From Thermacetogenium sp. UBA5472 (lineage in GTDB: Bacteria; Bacillota; DSM-12270; Thermacetogeniales; Thermacetogeniaceae): a stretch of DNA of 64,000 nt. Shown piece by piece: positions 32,594-41,276 of the stretch. How positions within the stretch are numbered: position 1 is the stretch's first letter; the number at the start of each line of letters is the position of its first letter. The stretch spans positions 28,728-92,727 of the forward strand of contig DIQC01000089.1 in assembly GCA_002426495.1 (NCBI GenBank). Reading direction: 5' to 3'. The position numbers were made by a program, and so were the translations under genes. The notes beneath the pieces are model-generated. The model saw nothing but the letters and a program-made list of their open reading frames with translations, was not told where the DNA came from and did not search any database.

Positions 32594-33680
32594 TTATAAA
32601 CGAAGATAGGACTCGATAAAGACGTCAATCTCCCCATTCATAACAGCCTGGATATTTCCAACTTCCACAGAGGTGCGGTGATCCTTGACCAAGGTGTAGG
32701 GCTCAAAAACATATGAGCGAATCTGATTACCCCAAGCTATCTCCCTCTGTTCTCCTCGCAGTTTGGCGAGTTTTTCCTCCTGTTCGCGCCTTTTCAACTC
32801 CAGTAGCTGTGAGCGGAGCATATTCATTGCTCGCGTTCGGTTAGACAGCTGGGATCGCTCAATCTGACACTGCACTACGACTCCTGTGGGAAGATGAGTG
32901 ATCCGCACAGCTGAGTCTGTTTTATTCACATATTGCCCTCCGGGGCCACTTGCCCTGTAGGTATCTATATGCAGGTCATCTGAGTTGATCTCAACTTCCA
33001 TATCCTCCTCTACCTCAGGGATCACATCCACTGAAGCAAATGAAGTATGACGCCTTCCCGATGAATCAAATGGAGAATTGCGTACCAGCCGGTGCACACC
33101 TCTTTCAGCTTTCAGATAGCCATATGCATTCCTACCTGTGACAAGAAAAGTGATGCTTTTAATTCCCGCCTCATCACCAGCAAGATAATCAAGCACCTCT
33201 ACATTGAGACCTTGCCGGACCGCCCAGCGTCCATACATGCGGAAGAGCATTCCCACCCAATCCTGAGCCTCTGTGCCTCCTGCCCCGGCATGCAGAGAAA
33301 CCAGAGCATTCCTCTTATCAAGGGGGTCATTAAATAGGTTTTCCTGCTCCCACTTTTCTACAGCAGAAGAAAGTTTAGATAACCCATCCGTAAGTTCACC
33401 GGCCAGTTCCGGATCCCCAGACTCCTCGCTCAATTCCCAGACAACATTAAGCTCCTCATAATCTCCACTGAGCTTCTGAAAGCGTGTCAGGTCATCTTTG
33501 AGCGCATTTGCCTCCTGAAGCAGCTTTTTCGCTAAATCAGGTTCCCCCCAGAAATCAGGGTTTACCATCAGTTTTTCAATTTCTTCTAATTTATTCGCTT
33601 TGGCCTCCAGGTCAAAGTGAACCCCTCAATTCCTGTAATTTTTGTTCTAATTCTTTCAGTTCTCTCTTGTATTCATTCAA
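32594..33680 (-). CDS. prfB: Peptide chain release factor 2, two frames joined by a +1 frameshift
   Basis: TTG start at 33680 gives 22 codons MNEYKRELKELEQKLQELRGSL to CTT-TGA-C; the +1 frame continues DLEAKANK... into the 324-aa ORF with SPF anticodon motif and GPGGQ. Confidence 0.96.
33611..33626 (-). other. Programmed +1 ribosomal frameshift cassette of prfB
   Basis: Minus strand AGGGGT-TCA-CTTTGAC: internal SD plus the slippery CTT TGA C site. Confidence 0.95.
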
Positions 33681-33714
33681 AACAAAATCACCCCTATTCC
33701 AATAAAAATCGACA

Positions 33715-34881
33715 TTATCTCGACATTTCAGCCTGTGTACGTGCTTGATGGTAATTAATATCAATTGTGCTGCCTATACCATAACCTGCTCTTACTCGAA
33801 ACCCCGTCTTTAATTTGATTGCTACAGCTACCCTATCAATCATTTTTTCAAGAATAGCAGGCTGTTTGACCTTAGTTATAACAGCATATTCATCCCCGCC
33901 GATCAGGGCAACTAGATCATAATTTCTATCATTGGCGAGTTCGCCTCTAACCAGGCCGCGGATCAACTGTAAAATGGATACCTTTATGTTTTGAACCTCA
34001 TACTCAGTATGCATTTTTACATAACTGCCGAAATTCCTCAGATCAAAGAGAATCGCCGATTCCTTGCCGGTCAGTGATACTCCTAAAACACCCAATCGGG
34101 GGTCATCTCTATCTGTAATCCCGATTACCAGGTCACGTACTACCTCGTATTCTAGCCGCTGAGATCCCACACCCAGACAGGTATAGCCTTTAATTTTCCT
34201 TTCGATGGCACACAACTGGTCAAAAATAGCAACCAACTGGGCCAGGTTGCCGCCTAGCACCGCATACTGTGCCGATTTGTAGTTTAAAATGTCTGATCTG
34301 ATAACACTGTTGATACTTAGATCATCACAGACCAGGTTCAAAGTAGGCGACTGGATCTTGACATGATGATGCATGGCTATAGCCTCAAGAACTTCCTGAG
34401 AACAATGATGCTTTTTCGCAATCTGGTAACTGACTTCGATATGAGTATGGAAAGGCACCGTCCACTCCGCCCAATTCATTCCCTGATAGCGGCGTAAATG
34501 AGTAGGCACCTCCCCCTTACGGACCACAGAGAAGCTAAAAAACCTGTCATCCACTTCTTTTCCTTTGCCCACATCATGAAGGATGGCTGCGTCGACTAAT
34601 TCCTCTCTCGTTATCTGCAAAACATCCAAAACGCTATTCGAAATAGACGCTGCCTTTTCTAACATGCGAAAAGTGTGGTGTAACTGGTTTTCCCCCGCTG
34701 AAACTACATCAGAGAGAGGCAATAGTTCCTTAATCTGATATATTCTTTCCACATAGGGAACTATCTTTGAGTTAAACACTTGTAGCAGTGTTTGATAAAA
34801 AAGCTCTCTGCTGGCAGGATACTCTTTATCCTGACAAAAATCATGCTGCTCTTCTTTGTCGTCCGTGGCCCCGTGTTCCAT
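33715..34881 (-). CDS. HD-domain protein fused to a divergent GGDEF-like/palm domain
   Basis: QLHHT(68-69), AAILHDVGK(102-103), FHTH, AIAMHHH(171-173), VAIFD(221); C-terminal AILFDLRNF(280)...LVALIGGDEYAV(328-331)...RAGYGIG. Confidence 0.8.
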   Translation of the reverse strand: MEHGATDDKEEQHDFCQDKEYPASRELFYQTLLQVFNSKIVPYVERIYQIKELLPLSDVVSAGENQLHHTFRMLEKAASISNSVLDVLQITREELVDAAILHDVGKGKEVDDRFFSFSVVRKGEVPTHLRRYQGMNWAEWTVPFHTHIEVSYQIAKKHHCSQEVLEAIAMHHHVKIQSPTLNLVCDDLSINSVIRSDILNYKSAQYAVLGGNLAQLVAIFDQLCAIERKIKGYTCLGVGSQRLEYEVVRDLVIGITDRDDPRLGVLGVSLTGKESAILFDLRNFGSYVKMHTEYEVQNIKVSILQLIRGLVRGELANDRNYDLVALIGGDEYAVITKVKQPAILEKMIDRVAVAIKLKTGFRVRAGYGIGSTIDINYHQARTQAEMSR

Positions 34882-34913
34882 GGGTCCACCCCCTAAATAT
34901 TATTAGGTAACAC

Positions 34914-37583
34914 CTACCTACCACAGCAGCGTTTATATTTTTTGCCGCTTCCGCAGGGACAGGGATCGTTTCTCCCCACTTTGGGGCCTACCCTTCTCGG
35001 TGTCCGCTCTGTTTCCTCACCGCGGTTTTCAACCACATGACTCACTCGCTGCTCCTGCTCTTGCGGAACCAGGCGCACCTTGTAGAGGTAGCGTACGACA
35101 TCTTCCTGAATAGTATCGATCATCTCTTGGAACATATTATAGGCTTCGAATTTATATTCGACTAATGGGTCCTTTTGGCCGTAAGCTCTCAACCCGATCC
35201 CTGTGCGCAGTTGATCCATCGCATCAAGGTGGTCCATCCACTTGCTGTCAACAACCCGTAGCAGTATAAAACGCTCTAGATCCCGCATGGCCTCAGAACC
35301 TAATTCATCTTCCCTGGCCTGCCAGTGATCCAGCGCTTCATCTATCAACCGTTCTTGAATATCTTCCCGGGAACCGAGTTCCTGCAGTTCACTGAAAAAA
35401 ACCGCACCCTCTCTGAGAAAGCTCTGTTCCCCATACTTGATCAAACTCTCTAAATCCCATTCCTCAGGGTATTTGCCCTCTGCTGTATAACGCTCAACAG
35501 CAGCTGCAATAACACCTGTGACCATGTCTTGCAGTGACTCCTGTAAATCTTCGCCCATCAGAACCCGGCGCCGCTGACTGTAGATAACCTCTCTCTGCTG
35601 GTTCATCACATCATCATATTCCAAAACATTTTTACGCATTTCAAAGTTGCGGTTTTCTACCTTCTTTTGTGCATTTTCAATAGAGCGGGTTACCAGCGAA
35701 TGCTCTACAGGGATGCTGTCATCCATCCCAATTTTATCCATTATCCCAGAGATATTATCTGCACCAAATAGACGCATAAGGTCATCTTCCAGTGAAACAT
35801 AGAAACGTGAAGAACCGGGATCACCCTGGCGTCCGGCACGGCCCCGCAGCTGGTTGTCGATCCGCCTGCTCTCATGGCGTTCAGTGCCTATGATATGCAG
35901 GCCGCCTAAATCAACTACCTGCTTATGCTCAGCATCTGTCTCGTTTTTGAATTTGTCTACTAAACGGCGGTATTCCTCACGAACAGATGCAACCTCCTCA
36001 GATGAGGGGGTGCCATATTCAGCCGCTTCCGCCACAACCTCCGGAGCAGACCCCTTGCGCAGCGATTCCTCTTTGGCCTGGTATTCAGGATTACCCCCCA
36101 GAATTATATCAGTTCCACGTCCGGCCATATTGGTTGCTATCGTCACCATGCCAATCCTGCCCGCCTGAGAAACAATCGTCGCTTCCTGTTCATGGAACTT
36201 TGCATTCAACACCTGATGGGGAATTCCCTGTTTCTTTAATAATTTACTCAGAACCTCCGATTTCTCGATGGAAATCGTACCTACCAGCACCGGTTGGCAG
36301 GTCTCATGACATTGTACTATCTCTTCTACACAGGCAGCAAATTTTCCTTGCTCTGTTCGATAAATTGCATCAGGAAAGTCATGTCGAATCATGGGTTTAT
36401 GAGTCGGAATCACTACTACATCCAAACCATATATTTTGCGAAACTCCTCTTCCTCAGTAGCGGCGGTACCGGTCATCCCAGCCAGTTTATTATACATGCG
36501 GAAGTAGTTCTGGAAAGTGATCGTAGCCAGTGTCTGAGACTCTCGCTCGATAGTTACCCCTTCTTTGGCTTCAATGGCCTGGTGCAGTCCTTCACTGAAA
36601 CGCCTGCCTTGCATCAGACGCCCAGTAAACTCGTCTACAATAATAACTTGCCCGTCCTTGACCACATAGTCCCGGTCACGCTTCATCAAGGCATGAGCGC
36701 GCAGCCCCTGATAAACCTGATGCGCCAAATCTAAATTTGCCTCATCGGAAAGATTATCAACGCCCAAAAGTTTTTCCGCTCTATGGTTTCCCTCTTCGGT
36801 CAAAGCAACTGTGTGCAGCTTTTCATCCACCTGATAATCTGTTTCCTTTTGCAGCTTAGGAATCACCTGCGCCACCCTATAATAAAGGTCGGTCGGTTTA
36901 TCCGCCTGTCCGGATATGATCAACGGAGTACGTGCCTCATCGATCAAAATACTGTCCACCTCATCGACAACAGCAAAGTTGAGCTCACGCTGCACCATCT
37001 CAGAGCCCCGCATAGCCATATTGTCCCGTAAATAGTCGAAACCGAACTCATTGTTGGTGCCATAAATAACATCAGCATTATAAGCAGCTCTGCGCTCTTG
37101 TGCATCCAAGCCGTGGACAATCAAACCCACATCGAGTCCGAGAAAGCGATAAACACCGCCCATCCATTCGCTGTCCCGTTTGGCCAGGTAGTCATTGACG
37201 GTGATGATATGCACCCCTTGGCCAGACAGAGCATTGAGGTAGGTAGGCATTGTAGCCACCAGTGTCTTTCCTTCACCAGTTTTCATCTCGGCAATTCTTC
37301 CCTGGTGCAAAACCATACCACCCATCAGCTGCACATCAAAGGGACGCATTCCCAACACTCTCAGCGATGCCTCCCGAGCAACCGCAAAGGCTTCAGGCAG
37401 CAGATCATCGAGGGTTTCACCATCAGCAAGGCGCTCCTTGAACTCTACAGTTTTTGCCCGCAAACCCTCATCAGACAAGGCCTTGGCCTCCGGCTCCAGG
37501 CCATTAATTACATCAACAGTCTTTTGTAAGCGTCTAACGTCCCGTGCATTATCGTCAAATAAGTTTTTTAACGCATTCAACAT
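34914..37583 (-). CDS. secA: Preprotein translocase ATPase SecA
   Basis: [49 protein letters not shown]-terminal [19 protein letters not shown]. Confidence 0.99.
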   Translation of the reverse strand: MLNALKNLFDDNARDVRRLQKTVDVINGLEPEAKALSDEGLRAKTVEFKERLADGETLDDLLPEAFAVAREASLRVLGMRPFDVQLMGGMVLHQGRIAEMKTGEGKTLVATMPTYLNALSGQGVHIITVNDYLAKRDSEWMGGVYRFLGLDVGLIVHGLDAQERRAAYNADVIYGTNNEFGFDYLRDNMAMRGSEMVQRELNFAVVDEVDSILIDEARTPLIISGQADKPTDLYYRVAQVIPKLQKETDYQVDEKLHTVALTEEGNHRAEKLLGVDNLSDEANLDLAHQVYQGLRAHALMKRDRDYVVKDGQVIIVDEFTGRLMQGRRFSEGLHQAIEAKEGVTIERESQTLATITFQNYFRMYNKLAGMTGTAATEEEEFRKIYGLDVVVIPTHKPMIRHDFPDAIYRTEQGKFAACVEEIVQCHETCQPVLVGTISIEKSEVLSKLLKKQGIPHQVLNAKFHEQEATIVSQAGRIGMVTIATNMAGRGTDIILGGNPEYQAKEESLRKGSAPEVVAEAAEYGTPSSEEVASVREEYRRLVDKFKNETDAEHKQVVDLGGLHIIGTERHESRRIDNQLRGRAGRQGDPGSSRFYVSLEDDLMRLFGADNISGIMDKIGMDDSIPVEHSLVTRSIENAQKKVENRNFEMRKNVLEYDDVMNQQREVIYSQRRRVLMGEDLQESLQDMVTGVIAAAVERYTAEGKYPEEWDLESLIKYGEQSFLREGAVFFSELQELGSREDIQERLIDEALDHWQAREDELGSEAMRDLERFILLRVVDSKWMDHLDAMDQLRTGIGLRAYGQKDPLVEYKFEAYNMFQEMIDTIQEDVVRYLYKVRLVPQEQEQRVSHVVENRGEETERTPRRVGPKVGRNDPCPCGSGKKYKRCCGR

Positions 37584-37660
37584 ATCCTATAACACCCTCT
37601 TTCTCCCAACCGCTTTCATTTTAACACCTCTGACAACTCCTGACAATACACTTAACAATC

Positions 37661-37694
37661 AAACAGGGACCCTTGCCACTAGGGTCCCTGTTTT
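37661..37694. terminator. Perfect hairpin downstream of hpf (terminator-like)
   Basis: AAACAGGGACCCT-N7-AGGGTCCCTGTTT. Confidence 0.7.
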
Positions 37695-37735
37695 ACTCTA
37701 TCATTGGAGCAAGTTGCACTTACTACATTAAAAAC

Positions 37736-38272
37736 CTATACCTCTGGTTCAATGAGGCCGTAATTCCCGTCCTTTCTCTTATAAAGGACATTGACTTGTT
37801 CTGTTTCGGCGTTACTGAAAACATAAAAGTCATGACCCAGCAAATTCATCTGTAGAATTGCCTCATCAACCGGCATCGGCTTCATCAAGAAACGCTTTGT
37901 TTTCACAACGGTAGCTTCTTCTTCTTTTTTGTTGCTTTCACCCATCTCTGCGATGAGAGTCTTAAGACCCTGGTTGCGAAACTTTCGGTAGAGCTTAGTG
38001 CGGTGTTTACGAATCTGTCTTTCCAGCTTTTCCGACACAGCATCCACTGACTCATAAAAGCTCTCTCTGCTCATGTCCTCCCCGCGCAGAATCATACCGC
38101 CATCAAGATAAATCGTCACTTCTACCGAATAGTTATCACCAACTGTTGATACCGTAACCTGTGCTTCTTGGATGGAATCAAAATACCGGGTTAACCTTGT
38201 CAATCTCTTTTCTAGATAACCCTTGAGCGCATCAGTAACCACAGCATTTTTACCCCGGATGGTGATTTTCAC
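37736..38272 (-). CDS. hpf: Ribosome hibernation promoting factor, long form
   Basis: VTDALK, YESVD...KLERQIRKH, C-terminal KPMPVDEAILQMNLLGHDFYVF, YKRKDGNYGLI. Confidence 0.96.
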   Translation of the reverse strand: MKITIRGKNAVVTDALKGYLEKRLTRLTRYFDSIQEAQVTVSTVGDNYSVEVTIYLDGGMILRGEDMSRESFYESVDAVSEKLERQIRKHRTKLYRKFRNQGLKTLIAEMGESNKKEEEATVVKTKRFLMKPMPVDEAILQMNLLGHDFYVFSNAETEQVNVLYKRKDGNYGLIEPEV

Positions 38273-38313
38273 CTTACCTCCACCCCCTATATAGAATGTT
38301 CTATGCCTTTATA

Positions 38314-38342
38314 TTATTCCCTTATTAGGAGAATAATCCTGC
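38314..38342 (-). promoter_or_regulatory. SigH-type promoter of hpf
   Basis: Minus strand GCAGGATTA-TTCTCCTAATAA-GGGAATAA; the B. subtilis orthologue is SigH-driven. Confidence 0.6.
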
Positions 38343-38438
38343 ATCTCCAAATTGTAAAAAAGAAAAGAGCCCCAATCCCATTAATTAAGGGCTCTGTAAT
38401 TACAAACGAAAGATCCATGTAGGAGATCTATAAGGTAT

Positions 38439-38636
38439 CTATAATTTCACAACATTAGATGCCTGTGGACCACGAGCTCCTTCGACAATATCAAACTCTA
38501 CCTGCTGACCCTCTGCTAAGGTTTTGAAACCATCCCCTTGAATTGCCGAATAATGAACAAAAACATCGTCACCCTCATCACATTCGATGAAACCATAGCC
38601 CTTTTCCTGATTAAACCATTTGACTCTGCCTTGCAT
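38439..38636 (-). CDS. Cold-shock protein (CspA family)
   Basis: [15 protein letters not shown] (RNP1), VFVHYSAI (RNP2). Confidence 0.98.
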   Translation of the reverse strand: MQGRVKWFNQEKGYGFIECDEGDDVFVHYSAIQGDGFKTLAEGQQVEFDIVEGARGPQASNVVKL

Positions 38637-38885
38637 TCTGGAACATTCCTCCTAAAATAATATCCCCGTGCCTGTCCGAATCTTAGGGTTCACGAAGTGA
38701 TCAAATAATATCACAATAACATTTCGACTGTCAATATCGATAAAAATTAGGAGTGTTGGAACTGCCTATAAAATATAGTGTTATAATTTACCATATACGA
38801 CAATAGCTCAAAATGTGCAAGTAAAAGCCGTGAATCTAGGCTGCCGAAAAAATCTACCATTATTTACAGCTATTACCTCATTACC

Positions 38886-38959
38886 TGTGGATAATGTGGA
38901 TAAGTCTGTTCATAACCTGCATTTGAAGGATAATCAGGTGTGGATGAAGCTGTGGATTT
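38886..38959 (+). promoter_or_regulatory. Cluster of co-oriented DnaA boxes
   Basis: Perfect TGTGGATAA at 38886-38894 and 38895-38903; degenerate TGTTCATAA 38907-38915, TGTGGATGA 38939-38947, TGTGGATTT 38951-38959. Confidence 0.8.
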
Positions 38960-39125
38960 GTAGATGCATGTCATATCCTGCTAGATATGTCTGGACTTTT
39001 GTCGTAATTTATTTCATTAAAAAATACCAAATGCGGCAAGAATGATTAAATAAGAGTTCAATACAAAGTAAAGTATTGTCACTCTTAGTTAATAGTTCAC
39101 TTATGACTTAGTTGGCGTTAGTCAT

Positions 39126-40730
39126 TTAAAAATATTCCAGTACTACTTCAGCGATATTATTGGAATGATCTGCAATGCGCTCAAGATTGCTGATGATATC
39201 AAGGAAAATTACACCTGATATTGGATAACAAACACCCTTATTTAAGCGTTCCAAATGACTCTGCCGCAAATCCTTTTCCATCTGATCGATAAGCTTCTCA
39301 GTCTGTACCACCATACTGGCTTTTTCCTTGCTTTCCTCCTGCAGTGCATCCAAAGCATTCTTAAAGACCCCGGACACTAAAAGATACATTTCATCCAATT
39401 CCTTGACAGCGAAATCACTAATAGGAAGATTTTCTTCAATCCTGAGCTGAGCTAATTCCGCAATATTCTCTGCATGATCCCCAACCCTTTCAATATCTTT
39501 TACAGCATTCAAAAGACCTGTATGCCTCCCAGAGAGGGTTGGTGAAAGTCCCTTCTGCGATAAATTGGCCAGATATACAGTGATTTCTCTTTCTAATTCA
39601 TCTACAATTTTTTCATCCTTTTGGGTTGCTTCCAGGAGTTTTTCATCTTTCTTATAAAATCCATCCACAGCTGATACCAGGCTTCTATTTGCTATAGTGG
39701 CCATCCTGATAATTTCTTTTTTAGACAGAGATAAAGCAACAGCAGGGTTACTAAACGTCCGTTCATCCAGATATATAGGCCCTTTCTCCTCTATTTTGAC
39801 TGTTCCGGGTAGAATCTTTTCAACCATTTTGGCATAAATGCCCACAAAGGGCAGGAACAAACAGGTATTAAGAACATTAAACGAGGTATGGGCATTAGCG
39901 ATTAACCTGGCCGGCTGGTCAGGGGAAATAAGATAAACAAATTCTTTAAAAAATGGAAGCAGTAGTATAAAAATTAGCGTGCCAACAACATTAAACATCA
40001 CATGAGCAAGGGCAGTCCTCCTGGCGTTCAGGTTTGTCCCTATGCTGGCCAATAGAGAGGTAATGCAGGTTCCAATGTTGTCACCAAAAAGCACAGGAAT
40101 AGCCGCATCAAAGGTGATAATACCCTGAGTGGCTAAAGCGATCAGTATACCGATAGTAGCTGAACTGCTTTGAATGAGACATGTAGTAAGAATACCCACT
40201 AGTACACCAAGCAATGGGTTATAAGTAAAGCTGGCAATGAATTCTATAAAGACAGGACTGTCTTTCAAAGGCCCTACAGAACTGGTCATTACATCAAGTC
40301 CGAGAAAAAGGATGCCGAGTCCTAAAATGAACTGGCCTATGTAGTGGTAAACCCGTTTTTTACTGAAAAAATTGAGACAAAATCCTATTGTGATTATCAA
40401 AAATATATAATCTGTCAATTGGAAAGCAATTAATTGAGCAGTGATCGTTGTGCCTATATTTGCTCCCATAATCACACCAATCGCCTGTTTGAGTGTCATT
40501 AAACCGGCGTTGACAAAGCTGACCACCAACACTGTTGTAGCGCTGCTACTTTGAATGGCGGCAGTGGTAAAGGCCCCCAATAAAACTGCGATAACTGGAT
40601 ACCTGGTTACCCGCTCCAGCACTTTACGGATCTTGTCACCGGCAACCTTTTGCAGGCCATCTCCCATACTTTTCATACCATAAAGGAATAAAGCCAGCCC
40701 GCCGAATAGACCAATTATAATATTAAACAA
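39126..40730 (-). CDS. Na/Pi cotransporter family protein with PhoU-like C-terminus
   Basis: Two QSSSAT repeats, GANIGTT and GDNIGT, LERIADH. Confidence 0.94.
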   Translation of the reverse strand: MFNIIIGLFGGLALFLYGMKSMGDGLQKVAGDKIRKVLERVTRYPVIAVLLGAFTTAAIQSSSATTVLVVSFVNAGLMTLKQAIGVIMGANIGTTITAQLIAFQLTDYIFLIITIGFCLNFFSKKRVYHYIGQFILGLGILFLGLDVMTSSVGPLKDSPVFIEFIASFTYNPLLGVLVGILTTCLIQSSSATIGILIALATQGIITFDAAIPVLFGDNIGTCITSLLASIGTNLNARRTALAHVMFNVVGTLIFILLLPFFKEFVYLISPDQPARLIANAHTSFNVLNTCLFLPFVGIYAKMVEKILPGTVKIEEKGPIYLDERTFSNPAVALSLSKKEIIRMATIANRSLVSAVDGFYKKDEKLLEATQKDEKIVDELEREITVYLANLSQKGLSPTLSGRHTGLLNAVKDIERVGDHAENIAELAQLRIEENLPISDFAVKELDEMYLLVSGVFKNALDALQEESKEKASMVVQTEKLIDQMEKDLRQSHLERLNKGVCYPISGVIFLDIISNLERIADHSNNIAEVVLEYF

Positions 40731-40911
40731 TTACAGCCACCTCTTCGCCTTCGCCAAAATTAACCCCTAATTCATTTTCGACAAACTTTTTTCTTTCCCT
40801 TCAAGAAAAAATACATATCGCTGTTTTATTTTGGTTGTATTCCGTATATTATCGAACAAAGCTGAAAAACTAAGAAGTGAAAATATACTGCACTTACTAA
40901 GGAGGATTATT

Positions 40912-41163
40912 ATGGACATAAAAACTTTCGATCAATGGCTTGATACCCTATCTACAGCTCTATCGGCCGGTCAACAAGCAGGACTCTCTCAAGCGCAGAT
41001 CGAGAATTCAGCAAAAATGCTGGGGGATTATCTGTACTCAAATGTAGTTCCAGATGCCCCAGAAAATGAAGTTATCAAAGCCCTGTGGGAAAACGGCAGT
41101 GAGCAGGAGAGACAAAGCCTGGCAAATATGATGGTAAAAATGGTAGAATCTCATCAACAATAA
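40912..41163 (+). CDS. DUF3243 (YmfJ-like) small protein
   Basis: GGAGG SD then MDIKTFDQW...LGDYL...PENEVIKALWE...ERQSLANMMVKMV. Confidence 0.8.
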   Translation: MDIKTFDQWLDTLSTALSAGQQAGLSQAQIENSAKMLGDYLYSNVVPDAPENEVIKALWENGSEQERQSLANMMVKMVESHQQ

Positions 41164-41276
41164 TTCCCAGCCCCTTTATAAAACCTTTCTTATACAATAG
41201 GCCCCCTATACTATTTTGGGGGCCGTAATCGATTCCTTTATATATATGGTAGGTATTTTCGATGAAAAAGGGGATA

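Noticed and set aside
33715-34881. Calling the HD-palm protein Cas10 or a true diguanylate cyclase
   Set aside because: Too short for Cas10, has a single palm, and no cas genes or array are in the window; it lacks the guanine-binding ND..GH..GD segment of DGCs. Kept only as a divergent palm.
38273-38438. raiA-motif RNA upstream of hpf
   Set aside because: The gap is only about 165 nt and is accounted for by the csp terminator and a SigH promoter; none of the motif's conserved blocks were seen.
38815-39045. 76-aa ORF in the track
   Set aside because: Its PVDNVDKSVHN stretch is just the translation of DnaA boxes; no SD.
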